A stretch of DNA of 62,913 nucleotides, filler included, from Globobulimina sp. (Eukaryota), in NCBI GenBank assembly GCA_003354225.1. It is 44 parts of 44 records of this genome, joined end to end, with 100 filler letters (N's around TTAATTAATTAA, not from the genome) between each part and the next. Parts side by side here need not be neighbours in the genome. Positions count along the whole stretch, not along the records: positions 1 to 1,334 come from PIVH01018483.1; positions 1,435 to 2,768 come from PIVH01018484.1; positions 2,869 to 4,202 come from PIVH01018485.1; positions 4,303 to 5,635 come from PIVH01018486.1; positions 5,736 to 7,068 come from PIVH01018487.1; positions 7,169 to 8,501 come from PIVH01018488.1; positions 8,602 to 9,934 come from PIVH01018489.1; positions 10,035 to 11,367 come from PIVH01018490.1; 36 more parts are not named here. One strand, written 5' to 3'. The position numbers were made by a program, and so were the translations under genes. Below, piece after piece: positions 1 to 12,498 of the stretch. How positions within the stretch are numbered: the stretch's first letter is position 1; every line of letters begins with the position of its first letter. The notes beneath the pieces were generated by a model. The model was not told where the DNA came from and did no database searches. It saw nothing but the letters and a program-made list of their open reading frames with translations.

Positions 1-107
1 TTTATTGCAAGACAGGAACAGGAACAACAACAACATACATTACATAAAAACACAGGTTTGCAAACATATCAAAATTTGTATACTTTATATACAAATGAAA
101 TATTATA

Positions 108-515
108 ATGTTTTCAGAAAATTATAAATGTGATGATGAAATCCGTAAATATTGTGCTGTTCCAAACAATTATAAATGTGCAGCATGTGGCCAGGTGGGT
201 AGTCATTGGATTATGGTATGTCCCCTTCTTAAATGTTATCAAATGATTAAAATAAAAGTTAAAGATTTATTAGATTGTACAAAAAGTACAAAGAAAAACG
301 ACATCGTTAATAATAGTCATAATACAAAACGTATAAAAAACATTACAAATTGGTTATGCGCTGCATTGCGTAAAGTACCAATCTGTCAAAACAGTATTAT
401 GTTAAAGAATATTTCATTAAATATATCAAAATCTGCTGTTTCGCTCTTATTAAACAAAATTTCGTATCCAAATCTTTGGATTATCGAGAAAATGTTGAAA
501 AAAATCATTCAATGA
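108..515 (+). CDS. Zinc-knuckle-containing protein fragment (gene model uncertain)
   Basis: VPNNYKCAACGQVGSHWIMVCP resembles the RBBP6/Mpe1-type CCHC knuckle (P-x-x-Y-x-C-x2-C...HW...CP). Confidence 0.45.
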   Translation: MFSENYKCDDEIRKYCAVPNNYKCAACGQVGSHWIMVCPLLKCYQMIKIKVKDLLDCTKSTKKNDIVNNSHNTKRIKNITNWLCAALRKVPICQNSIMLKNISLNISKSAVSLLLNKISYPNLWIIEKMLKKIIQ

Positions 516-1042
516 ACAAAAACGTTTATGTGCAAGGATATAATGCGTGATATAATGATACTATATGTGTAATAATAATGGAGTGCTGATACCAAATTAT
601 CTGCCTTGTGATCTGTATGCAGTGCATAATGAGTTTGTAGTTATTGTGAATATGAATAACATGTTTCTCGTCTTAGCAGATCAAACACAGTGTGTTATGA
701 TTTAAGTGGTTATTTTGAATATAAATAACGTGATATGTCGTCAGGTGAAGCTGTATTTGTATCTGCATGGGATTATTATTGTACATACTGTAGCATAAAT
801 TTGTGTTTCTATATATTATGACACAGCGAAATGTGTAACGTGTTTGCTTTGTTTAAATTGTATATTGTTTGTTGCAATTGTATTAATTTTGTTTTTTCAT
901 TCCACATTTTATTAATTGTATGTTTAATTAATGTCATTGTCAGAATAAAATCATAAATATCGCTTGCTTTAAAAATGTGTTTTTTTTAAGCTTTTTTTTA
1001 GTAGCATCTATATTAAATCTCTCGCCGCATTTGTTGTATATC

Positions 1043-1334
1043 ATGTCCAAGCCAAAGGTATCAAATGATAATAAAACTGAAGAAGCAGAAGAAGAAAAGA
1101 TACAGATAAATAATTCGAAAAGTACAGATTTATTACGTTTAGATATTCATTCGACCGACGATAACGGAGTAACGAGAATTAGTGTCATCGCACCAACATT
1201 AAAAAAAAATTCAAAAAGATTACCAGTAATGATTTGTTGTGTTGTGGACACTTCCGGTTCAATGGGATGCGATGCAATTATTAAAGACGCAAATGGCAAA
1301 TCAGAATCGCACGGTTTATCAATATTAGATTTAG
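1043..1334 (+). CDS. von Willebrand factor A domain protein, 5' fragment
   Basis: ATG at 1043; ICCVVDTSGSMG carries the DxSxS MIDAS motif; truncated by the contig end. Confidence 0.8.
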
Positions 1335-1434
1335 NNNNNNNNNNNNNNNNNNNNNNNNNNNNNNNNNNNNNNNNNNNNTTAATTAATTAANNNNNNNNNN
1401 NNNNNNNNNNNNNNNNNNNNNNNNNNNNNNNNNN
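1335..1434. other. Artificial contig linker N44-TTAATTAATTAA-N44 (first of 43, recurring every ~1.43 kb until 61483..61582)
   Basis: Identical 100-bp spacer with stop codons in all six frames separates blocks of steadily decreasing length (1334 to 1331 bp). Confidence 0.99.
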
Positions 1435-1479
1435 AATGCAAAACAATCAAACAAAAACTCATACAAACAAGTCAGTCAA

Positions 1480-2768
1480 TTATAAACGTTTTACTCTGAC
1501 ACCGATTGGTGGATTGATAGCATTCACTCCATTAAATACAGTTTTAATTGGTTCTTTGATGTCTTCTTCATTTTCACAGTCGAATGTATAATTCAGCAAC
1601 AGATTTCCCATAACAATGCACAACTCTTTCACAGCTAACTGCTGACCTACCTATCATATATATATGTGTTTGTGTATTTTGTAAGAAAGAAAGAAAAAAA
1701 AAGAGATATTTTTTTATGTGACGTGTACATACACAATCCCGTCTCCCTTTCCCAAATGTAATGAACGACTTATTCTTCTCAAATTTATTTGTCTTTTCAT
1801 TGATCCAATTTTCCAAACACATATTCTCTGATGAATCCACCCAATGCTCTTTCTCATTTTCTTTGTGAATCAACTCGATTGAACAGACAATTATACTGTC
1901 TTTGGGAATGACGCATGTTTGATTATTTTCCATCGTTACTTCCACATCTGATGTTGTATAATGAGGGATCAACATCTGTGCCACACTCGAGACTCTAATC
2001 ACTTCAAATATGAATGCACGAAAATATACCAATTGATTCAGCCAATTTATATCAAATCTTTTCATACCCCTCATATTTGCATCATCAGTCACATTTCGGT
2101 TGAAACACTGGATCAATTCATTTCGAACTTTTTGTTGAATTTGTGGGAATTTGCATGACAGAACAACTGCAAAATTGAGTGTTGATGAGGTGGTATCAGT
2201 TCCTGCAGCAAATAATACATGCATATCTGCTTGTGCTTCTGATTTTGACAGTTCTTTTTCTGCGTAATCAATGTAAAATGTTTCATCTTTGTTGGCAATT
2301 CTATTTTGTTTGGCCATCTTTATAAATTTATTATATATGTCATCAATTCTTTTAAAAATGTCAATAATCCGATCATAATTGGAATATGGATTTAATTTCA
2401 ATAAATATAAGAAATATTTTGGAACTCTCAAATAAAAAATGATTGAGAATAACAACTGAAATTGTTCTGTAATGAGTTGAATATAATGATGATATACTGG
2501 GTTATTATAAGCAATAGAACACCCAAAATTGGCATAAAATATGGTATTGAATGCACAATATTTCATGAGTGAAGATGGATACCACAACTGTTTTGTTTCT
2601 GATAATTTATTCAATTCAGAAAATACTACATTTTCCATACTTTCGTCGCATATTTTATTCACAAACGAGGCAGTGCACATTCGAAAGAGTATGCTCTGTG
2701 CTAACTTACGTCTTTTACGCCACTCTTTTCCATTTAATGAGGCAAAGGGTAGAGTAGGTCGGAAACAA
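1480..2768 (-). CDS. Cytochrome P450, 5'-truncated, one intron (1651..1732)
   Basis: WxxxR (WRKRR), I-helix AGTDTT and ExxR (EVIR). Splicing GT..AG at 1732-1651 restores the heme motif FGKGRRDC|VGQQLA; stop TAA at 1480-1482. Confidence 0.95.
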
Positions 2769-3239
2769 NNNNNNNNNNNNNNNNNNNNNNNNNNNNNNNN
2801 NNNNNNNNNNNNTTAATTAATTAANNNNNNNNNNNNNNNNNNNNNNNNNNNNNNNNNNNNNNNNNNNNCTTCGACAACGGAGGGTGAGCAGAAAATGTCG
2901 GGTGAGGAGGAACATAGTGGTCACCAAATTATTCGTTGTCTCCGCGGTTATCAACAAAATCTGATTTAGGCTTTTCAGAACACGGATGGTGTATGTGGCT
3001 GATTATGAGCATAGTGATGGAGGCAAAAGGGATAAGAAATATTTACGGATTTCTCGACAGATTGAGAATGAGAATGAGAATGAGAGTGAAGCAGCAGTTG
3101 CAATTGAAGGTACGGATGAGGATGAAGATGAAGATGAAATGCATCCGTTTGTATTTTAAATATGTTCTACCTTTCATCTTTTGGATAAAGTCTAGTCTTT
3201 TAACACTACACACTAAATTGGTGAAAATCGTGAAATCAA

Positions 3240-4202
3240 ATGGCTACAATTTTCAAACAAACAAAGCATATTGTTTTAAATTCAATATTGCTGACATTCT
3301 CAGTGTATTTGACAATCGCTCAAGATACATTGCCCAAATGCACTGCAATAGACAGCGTAAATAATGCTTCTTTTGGAAATGGTTTTAATCAAATTTCAGA
3401 GGGTACAACAATATTTAATTTTGGTGGTGCCTGTTCGTCTCTTCCTGATTATGGTAATGGCTGTGCTGGATTCACTACAACTGGTTATTTGTATGGATAT
3501 CACGACTTATCAAATTATGAAAATAACCGGTTTATGTTTGATTCAGTCGCTACGAGTATTGATAGGTTGGCTGTTCGTGAATATGTGACAGTATCATATG
3601 ATTGTGTTGGCACTTTACAATCTCCGGCCACATGGATACCATTAACTGTTTATTCAGAAACTCCATCAGATCTGGACCCCAATATAATGTTGAATAGAAC
3701 CTTTATACTGCCAGCTATTTGTGATAACAATGCCAATGTCGGTGTCAGAATCGATCATCCCATCACTACTCAATTCACTCTCATTAAAAATATGTGTATC
3801 AATGGCGAAAAAACACCGACATCAGGTATGATTGCACTTTTTTTATATACAGACACTTGTTTGTATACACATATATATAATATCATGATAAAAGCACCAA
3901 CGTTGGCTCCCTCATCGAATCCATCATCGAATCCGACAATATCTGTTTCAGAGAGCCCATACGAGAGTGGACAGTCAGAGGATGATTCAAATTCTTTTTC
4001 TGAGAGTGGAGATAGAAAAAAAAGGAAAAAAAGAAAAAAAAGAGGCGGTTCAGGCTCAGGCTCAGGCTCAGGCTCAGAGAGTGCGGATGAAGCACTATTT
4101 GCGGCGCATAGTGATAATGAGCAGATGGAGAATAATAATGAATATATATTAAGTTTAGGTTTTAGCAATTTTAGTTTGATAAATATCTGGTTATTATTTG
4201 GA
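3240..4202 (+). CDS. Secreted/surface protein: signal peptide, beta-rich Cys domain, P/S/T stalk, probable C-terminal membrane segment; in-frame intron 3826..3894
   Basis: Hydrophobic N-terminus; removing the GT..AG intron gives a PTSAPT stalk; hydrophobic stretch at the contig end. Confidence 0.65.
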
Positions 4203-5735
4203 NNNNNNNNNNNNNNNNNNNNNNNNNNNNNNNNNNNNNNNNNNNNTTAATTAATTAANNNNNNNNNNNNNNNNNNNNNNNNNNNNNNNNNNNNNNNNNN
4301 NNGAAAAATTTGCTGACACATATACTGAGCTGGCCTTGGTAACCATTTTTGATATAATTTGACTGAACTGTTTGAGCATTAAGTTAGAACTCAAAACAAC
4401 CAAGTTTTAATTTAGTAAATTTAGAAAATATGGCTCAATATGGTTGTCACTCCATTTCCCGCAAAAGTTCTCCATACAACATCGGAAGGAAATCCGTTAC
4501 CATGTTACCATACATGTTACACTGGTTACTTTTAAAATTACCATTAAAAGATTAAACACCTTACCCATTTCTTTGTACACAGTTACAACCCAATCAATAA
4601 TCTATTCTGCCATAAGACAATGATTTTCCCATTTTGTTTTATTGCCAAGACTACCAGGGGTTCACATTTGCCAATTCAACAAATTTACAATCAACTTCTT
4701 CTAACCATTTTGCTGTCACTCCTGATTATTGTCTTTTACACTCCTTTTTCTTCTAAAATATAAGTTCATTTACATACATAATGTTCTCCATCTGTTCTCC
4801 GTAAACAGCCATATTTTAGAAAAATTGTTAGCCATGACGGGTTACGGTAACAAATGGCAAATGACAATGAACGCCGCCAGTTACTGTCTCGAACGATTTC
4901 AGGCAAATACCATATAAATACTAATCTTAGAAAAATTGAAAACTTCTGGCCAACCTTTTACTCTTCCTAACTGTCATAAATAGTATGGATGATTTGAATC
5001 ACACTTCCTCCAATACTTCTGATCCAGGACACCTTTGGGCACATTTTCACAGATCCATTACTGGGGTCGCAGCGAAACCATTCCATAAATTTCAAGGCAA
5101 ATTTGTGACTAGTCCGAACATCCACCACCATCTGGCCAGACTGAAAGTGTCCGTGCAGTTCTGTCCATTTTCGCCAAAATTCATGTTTCGTTCCATTATG
5201 TGCCATAACGCCACGATATCATTTCCCATGAACAAAAAGTGTCACATTACAGTATCCCCGTACCATAAATAATCATCCCTAAAAACATTGATTGGCCAGT
5301 ATTGTCCTAAATAAAAATTTGCGGGACCACCCCACAATGTAATTTACGATTAACAAATGCATGTACCTTCACAGTAGTATGATCGAATTCCCCATAATTT
5401 ACAGTTACCAAAACATTCCAACTTTGAAACTTTAATCGGACGGTCCACAAACATTCCATACAGACGGGTTCACACATGTACACTTCCATATTTTGACCAT
5501 AATCAAGTTACCACTTTTATTGTCGACATTCTCATAATTGCATTACTGTCCTGTCGTACCATTACTGTCCATTATTACTGATGACTGCTGTCTTCTTGAT
5601 GGTTATGTTAGTTATTGATTCAATACTCGGAAAATNNNNNNNNNNNNNNNNNNNNNNNNNNNNNNNNNNNNNNNNNNNNTTAATTAATTAANNNNNNNNN
5701 NNNNNNNNNNNNNNNNNNNNNNNNNNNNNNNNNNN

Positions 5736-7068
5736 ATTTATTCAAACACCACTTCAAATTTACCAGTTGATGTCGATTCATATAATATAACAATAACTGG
5801 ACAATATCTTGACACATTGGATTATATAGAAATGGTTACAGACAGTCTATCAATAAACACTTTTATTGATTCAGCAAATCAAATCACTGTTGATATTTTA
5901 TCCGCAACATCGACTGTTTGTGGTTTTTATGATTTATCAATGATATTGACATCATCAGAAACGGGACAACAAATTCAATCGTATGATGCTGTATTTTCGG
6001 TATTCACTGGATTTGTTCCGGTAATACATACAATAATTCCGTTATATTCAACTGTAAATTCAAAAATTTATATTCGAAATGATGATAAATATCAACAATT
6101 TAATTTTAGTGACACTATAATTTGTAAATATGACTTGGAGACCAAAGATGAAAATGGTAACACACAATTATTTGATACAAATGGTTTATGGATTAATCCT
6201 CAATTAATATCATGTATGACACCGAATGTTGCAATGCAAACTATAAATATCTCCGTTTCATTTGATAGTGTTCGATATTCAAACACTTTGTTTGTTTATA
6301 TCATACCAACACCGTCAATTATTAGTATATTACCCACAAATAAAGTCTATCCCTCTCAGAATATTGAATTTATAATAATTGGTTCAAATTTTATAGAAAC
6401 ATCCAAATCAACATTGCCAGCATGTCATTTTGAGCATATTGTTACTGGAGATATCAAAATGTCGCGTGCAATAATTATTGATTGTAATACATTAAGTTGT
6501 TATAAACCAAATTTTATTAATTCAACAGATGGTAATTATACAGTTGCCGTTACATTTGATGGCTTTTCTATTTATCAACTCGATGATGCATTGTTGGAGG
6601 TATCATCTATTTATTCACCACCAATCATCCATTCATTTATTGGATCAAATTTTGGTGATTATGACAGCGGAGTTTCAGTATCCATTAATGGTTCGTATTT
6701 CCGTTCTGGCTCAACCCGATGTCAATATACTGTTTATTTTGAAAATTTTGATAATGACGCAGTGATTAAGAATTCATACATCACAGATTATTTGGTTAAT
6801 ATTACTGTTCATTCGGATACATTGATTACATGTATTTTGCCATCGTATCATGAAATTATAGAGCAAAGTGAATATATTGAGTACAATACCAAGTATGTTA
6901 AACATGTTGGGCCAGAATCAAGACAAAGGATATATATTAAAGCTATTAATGCATTCAATGAAAGTGGAGATATTGTTGGTTTGTGGTATGAATATAGGTC
7001 AACACCATCCGTTTATAGTTTTTATCCTTCTCAAATATTTGATGATTCGTCAAATGACATTAATATTA
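5736..7068 (+). CDS. IPT/TIG (Ig-like) repeat surface protein, internal fragment
   Basis: Repeated P-x-I-x-S-I-x-P ... G-S-N/Y-F ... C-x-F ... I-x-C-x-x-P modules in an ORF spanning the contig. Confidence 0.8.
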
Positions 7069-7168
7069 NNNNNNNNNNNNNNNNNNNNNNNNNNNNNNNN
7101 NNNNNNNNNNNNTTAATTAATTAANNNNNNNNNNNNNNNNNNNNNNNNNNNNNNNNNNNNNNNNNNNN

Positions 7169-7652
7169 TAGTATAACCTTTTGATTGTTTCTTTGCATGT
7201 TTGGATACAGTTAATGGCTCACTTAAATCAATGACACATCTTTTTTTATGCAATTTTGGTATCATTAGGTAAAATTGATCTGGATGTGATTTTGTGTACC
7301 TGTAGTTCTGTGGAACTTCTTCTGCAACGACTAAAAAACCATTGTATACTAACTGACTATAAAATATTGGATCCCAATCTAATGACCAACACAATTCACC
7401 GTTCACTTCATCTAAAGTTGAAATTGTTGTATCCACAAATAATTCAAAATCATTGCACGGGTAAACATGTTGCTGGGAACTATTTTTGATATGTGGATCA
7501 TCTTTCAATTCTTTTTCAAGTTCTTCTTTCATTGGAGATGACCATTTTGGTAATATTACTGTTGGCGAAAATTTGTGTTCCATTGTAAAATTCCGTTTTT
7601 TAACTGCATTTGCACAAAATGTAGATATGATCAATGCGGAAATTAAATTCAT
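7169..7652 (-). CDS. Leucyl/phenylalanyl-tRNA-protein transferase (Aat/ATEL1)-like protein, 5' fragment
   Basis: CWSLDWDPIFYSQLVYNGFL..A, LMIPKLHKKRCVIDL and VSKHAKK match my recollection of the N-terminal block of divergent L/F-transferases. Confidence 0.65.
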
Positions 7653-8618
7653 TACAAATACAACTTTAATATCCAATTAATTAATCTTACTTGCAATCTG
7701 TATTCTGTTTTTTTTGAGTTGCAGGCGGAGAATCGGGCGGAGATTCTAAATTAATTCGAATTTGCGTCCTGGAACAGCGGCAGCTGTTAAAGTTGCTTTT
7801 TTAATATCATGTGACATAATTTCTTCAAAACTTAAGAAACCTCCATGTTATTTGGTAAAAGTCGAAAAAGCGCGGTAAATTGCTGCATCTCATAGGAAAT
7901 TCTGGAAATTCTCCTTAATTTGGGATTTGTTTCCCATTGTTTAAACTTCATGCAATGATATCATTGCATTAATTTTCGAATTAATAGTACGTATATCCCC
8001 AATATTATAAAAAAAAAAGCTATGACAAAACTCATCATAATGCAAAAAAAGCGATCACAAAGTCATGACGAAACAAAACAAATTCATATACGACATGCAC
8101 AACAAAGTCATGACAAAGATAAAAAAACAGCAAGACATAGAAAAAAAGAACTACGTGGCGTACAAGAACAAAAGCCACGCCAACCAGAAAAATAAGCTAT
8201 AAAAAATATAATATAATAAAATAAAGTTAATTAAATTGTGAGTGAGCAGAGCAATATATATGTGATGTGATATTGTAATTTAACATTTGTTTAAAAACGA
8301 TTTTATTTCAGTCAGCGTTCGAATGACTGATGAAGTGACCTTTGATGTATTTGATATATTTGATGCTGCGGTTTCTGTATTAAAAGACAATGTATTTTGG
8401 ACATGGCCAAATGCATTTTTTACGCTATATTCATCCATAACATCCAATGCATGGAAATATATGTTCCTATTTTTATTTTCATTTAATTCCTCACATTTAT
8501 CNNNNNNNNNNNNNNNNNNNNNNNNNNNNNNNNNNNNNNNNNNNNTTAATTAATTAANNNNNNNNNNNNNNNNNNNNNNNNNNNNNNNNNNNNNNNNNNN
8601 NTCATTAATGTGACAATT

Positions 8619-9044
8619 CTAGTGTTCATCAACTACTGAATCAACTCGAAAGCGGATCTTCAAATTCGGATTGTTGTCAGCGTTGCTTGGTAAATCTACA
8701 GTTGCTTGATATTTTATATTTGGTGTAACTGTATAAAACGCATCGTTCCAACTTGAACCATTATTATAACTGATGTCAACATAACAACCTTCAAGCCGTG
8801 CTGGAGTTAGATCAAAATATACGTAAAACTCTACAAATATGTTATTGTGACCTGATGTACTGATGGGATTTATTGGGTACACTGTACTTCCACTACAACA
8901 GGAACCAGATACTCTCCAGCAAAAGATATCAGAACCTGGACAATAAATTCCTCCCGTGAATATCCCATGGACTATTCCAGTTGCAAACCAACCGTCTAAA
9001 TTTCCGCAATCATTTGTGTATATGTCAACTGCTTTGATTGTCAT
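8619..9044 (-). CDS. Secreted beta-sandwich domain protein, possibly frameshifted in the signal peptide
   Basis: DLPSNADNNPNLKIRFR and ISTSGHNNIFVEF resemble the domain in 3240..4202; an upstream ATG with a hydrophobic peptide (MLPVMFIFSL) is in another frame. Confidence 0.45.
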   Translation of the reverse strand: MTIKAVDIYTNDCGNLDGWFATGIVHGIFTGGIYCPGSDIFCWRVSGSCCSGSTVYPINPISTSGHNNIFVEFYVYFDLTPARLEGCYVDISYNNGSSWNDAFYTVTPNIKYQATVDLPSNADNNPNLKIRFRVDSVVDEH

Positions 9045-9142
9045 AAAAACAATTGCAAGCTAAAGATGAACATCACTGGCAGCATGGTTAATAATACTTT
9101 AGTGTTTGTTTAGTCCTAAAAACTATCCATTATTCCTCGCCG

Positions 9143-9521
9143 ATGTCTAGTTATTTAAATGATATTAAGAATGAAAACGAATCGAATATATCAAATATAG
9201 ATGTTCCATGTCATGTATTTTTTTCTGGTGCTTCATGGGTATGTTATATGTGATAAATATGGTTTATGTACATTTCAAATAGGACCGAATCATAATACAA
9301 AGGGCTGTGCATTTCATATTGGTGTTTTAAGAGCAATGCAACAAAAATGGGGACTTAATAAGTTATCAAAATGTACGTTTGTAGCAAACTCATCTGGTGC
9401 GTTAATTGCGTTGTGTGCTGCCATTGGAATGGACTGGAAAGAGGCTGAAAAAAATTATTTACACTGTTTAAATGGTGCAATAAATAATGGTGTTTTTGGT
9501 AAAATGAGCACATTCTATTAA
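9143..9521 (+). CDS. Patatin-like phospholipase, N-terminal part; intron 9239..9302; ends prematurely
   Basis: Splicing gives FFSGASW|GCAFHIGV (oxyanion-hole motif) followed by ANSSGA (variant GxSxG). A stop at 9519-9521 comes before any catalytic Asp (DG) motif. Confidence 0.75.
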
Positions 9522-10232
9522 ATTAATTGGATTTTATTGGATTTGGATTTAATATGAATTTAATGGATTTAATATTTAATGGATATATTAAATCCACAGA
9601 TTTAATGGATTTAATAAATTTAATGGATTTAATATTAATAAGAGGGACCATGGTGGTGCTGGAGAAAGAAAATAAGTCTTTTGTTTAAAGTGTTTTTATC
9701 TTTTGTTTAAAGTTTTCCTTTTCAAGATATTTTCAATTTGTTCTGGTTTCCCTTTCAATGCAATTGACGCATATTTCATAGCAAGAGAATAATAATATCT
9801 ATGGTGATAATAAATATTCACATCAAATTGTTTACCATTGGATTGATAATATGTTTTCAATCCCTTTGCTCCAATGTTTGTTGTTAGCGCTTGCGAATAA
9901 TGAAAGTGACATATTTTCATTATGCTTTTAGTCCNNNNNNNNNNNNNNNNNNNNNNNNNNNNNNNNNNNNNNNNNNNNTTAATTAATTAANNNNNNNNNN
10001 NNNNNNNNNNNNNNNNNNNNNNNNNNNNNNNNNNCTCCAAAAGTTGAAGTCCGATCACCACAATGAAAATTAGCTCAATAGTTGTGACTGTAGTGGTTGT
10101 GTCTGCAGTGTTGTGTTGCATTGAATTGATTCTGCGACAAGGGGTTGTGTTTTGTGTTTCCCATAAAACAACTATTAATAAATCAAATTACTGCATAAAA
10201 ATTACAAAGGAAAAAAGAAAAATCACATTTAT

Positions 10233-11367
10233 TTATTGTTTTTCTCGAGCTCGTTGCAATTGATTCAAAGATCTCCTTAATCGCTTCCTTTTTAGTTTTT
10301 GCTTTTTATTTTTTAATGTTTGTAGCCTTTTCTGTTTATCACTTTGTATTTTCTCCTGCTCCTTGTCAGCATACCATTGTCTTAATTCTTTCTTATCCTC
10401 TTTTGTCTGCTTCAAATGCATCAATATCTTTAACCTATGTCCATTCAAATTATATCCATTCAATTTTAAAATTGCTTTTCGTGAATGTGATTCCTTGGCA
10501 AATTCAATAAAAGCAGTGCCTGCAAATAAATCCTTACGATGATTAATATGCAATTTTATTACCTCGCCACATTTACCAAATACAGCCATCAATTGTTCCT
10601 CTTTTGTATCCCACGAAACATTGCCAACATCGATGCATTTGGAACGTCGCACCAATTCATCTAAACACAAATTATAAATTATGCATTATCCTCATCAGCA
10701 AACACAAAAACACAAAAACACAAAAACATACTATAAATTTGCTTGACATCACTGCCATATTCGACGGATTCATCATATTCACTCTGTGTCGAATACCTTG
10801 AATATAATTTAAATTCTGTATCATGCTTATTTTTATACGATACGTTTCTTGTAATTTTTAACGCTTTGACACAATCTCCAACACTCTCAAACTGCACAAA
10901 TACTTGCGATACCAATGAATATTTAAAAATTAAACTCATTCTTTTAACGTTTATGTTATGGGAATATAGGAATTGTAACACTCTATTTTTTGTAGTGTCG
11001 ATTGGAAAACCAACACATTTTAAATAGAATGATTTCTTACTAAATTGATTTGAATCTCTGTCTTGAACCCATGTCGCAGAGAAATTATGTTTATGAAAAG
11101 ATTTTTTATTTAATATTTTTACATATTTATCTGCATTCTTTTCATCATTGAATTCAATGTAAACTTTTTTATAAATTTCGCTGTCTGAATGACGTTCGAA
11201 TGCTATATAATTTATAATGTCTATCGCGGCTTTATTTGGTTTGTTGACTAATTTTATAATATCAACTTCGCTGAAATTCAATGGTATTGGTTCAATTACA
11301 ATTGTTTTCGTTTTTGATTCTAAAAAATCACCTTTTTTTAACACAATTTGTTGGACAGTGGCCCGAC
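10233..11367 (-). CDS. Multi-RRM RNA-binding protein, 5'-truncated, intron 10661..10731
   Basis: Three RRM-like units (VYIEF, VFVQF, IDVGNV...GTAFIEF) joined by a GT..AG intron; basic C-terminus. Confidence 0.85.
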
Positions 11368-11467
11368 NNNNNNNNNNNNNNNNNNNNNNNNNNNNNNNNN
11401 NNNNNNNNNNNTTAATTAATTAANNNNNNNNNNNNNNNNNNNNNNNNNNNNNNNNNNNNNNNNNNNN

Positions 11468-11905
11468 TGGTTTTAATATCTTTTTTAATTTGTTCAGACA
11501 ATTGCCCAATTTCGTCAAACTTATAACCAGATTTGGTGTAAATGGGTGCATTGAAATGTGGTATATCGTCATTTTCGGAAATTGATTTGAAAACTAGTTG
11601 TTGTTCAATCCGATGTAACAACTCCGCGAATTCTATGTCATCAATTTTAGAATTTGTTTTCATAAAATAAAACAATTTGATCACAATACAAAACCTTGCG
11701 TGTTTTGCTCGGTTGGAGGTTCGGAAAATCTGCCTCTGAATCCTCCACCGCCTCTGCCTCGGCCTCGACCACGGCCACGGCCCCGACCACGACCACCGCC
11801 ACGGCCTCTGCCTCTGCCCCGGCCGCCACCTCTTCCGCCATAGCCTCCTCTTGATCTGCCGCCGAAATTTCTGCCTCCTCCTCTGGTAAAGCCACCTCTG
11901 CCCAT
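11468..11905 (-). CDS. GAR1: H/ACA snoRNP subunit GAR1, 3'-truncated, intron 11633..11694
   Basis: RGG-rich N-terminus, then EPP...LLHRIEQQLVFKS...IPHFNAPIY matching the Gar1 core (VPYFNAPVY). Confidence 0.85.
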
Positions 11906-12006
11906 TATGTCAGATTTGTTAGATGTGTGTTTTTGAGTGTGAACAAATGTGGAAATCCTCGCACTTCAGACTTCAGTTGCTTTACAAGACAAATTGGCAG
12001 TTAGTG

Positions 12007-12447
12007 TTAGCGTAGATTAGTACTGCTGGTTTGCGGTCGAACTCCCAATGTCGGATCAACGATTCTCTTTTGATATTCCAATAGCATTTCATCAATGTCC
12101 AGTTCTTTATGTTTCAATGAATTTTCATATTCCACTGATTTGTAAACATCGCCTCCTTTTAACTTGGTGTGTGTTTTAATGACAACAATATCTCAGATTG
12201 CAACGGCATGATAAAAATATAAGATATCATACTGACATACCCTCTCAGTTTGGAAATAATAGCATAAAACACCAGCAAATGCAACGAATGTGATCATGGG
12301 TCCAGCCGTTTTCCATAACGTGGATTGTCTAAATGCTCTGAATGTGGCTCTTTTGGTGACTTTCTGCAATTTGAATGAACCATGTTTGGCTGGAAGGGAG
12401 AATTCTTCCACGCGATTTGGATTCACTATCCTTCGGAACCAGTTCAT
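12007..12447 (-). CDS. Small single-TM protein, COX16-like, intron 12163..12240
   Basis: GPMITFVAFAGVLCYYFQTER|LK...KELDIDEMLLEYQ follows the COX16 layout (P-hydrophobic helix-F-x3-R, then D-(L/I)-x-E). Confidence 0.4.
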
Positions 12448-12498
12448 ATTTTAATACTAAAATTTTTGCCAGCTTAAATCTACTTTACTTTTACTATC

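Noticed and set aside
4303-5635. Cluster of small minus-strand ORFs as a viral gene array
   Set aside because: Frames are short and interrupted with no recognisable motif; more likely decayed coding or non-coding sequence.
8280-8501. Short-chain dehydrogenase-like fragment on the minus strand (ALDVMDEYSVKNAF)
   Set aside because: Only one short motif, followed by unrelated sequence and a stop; too little to call.
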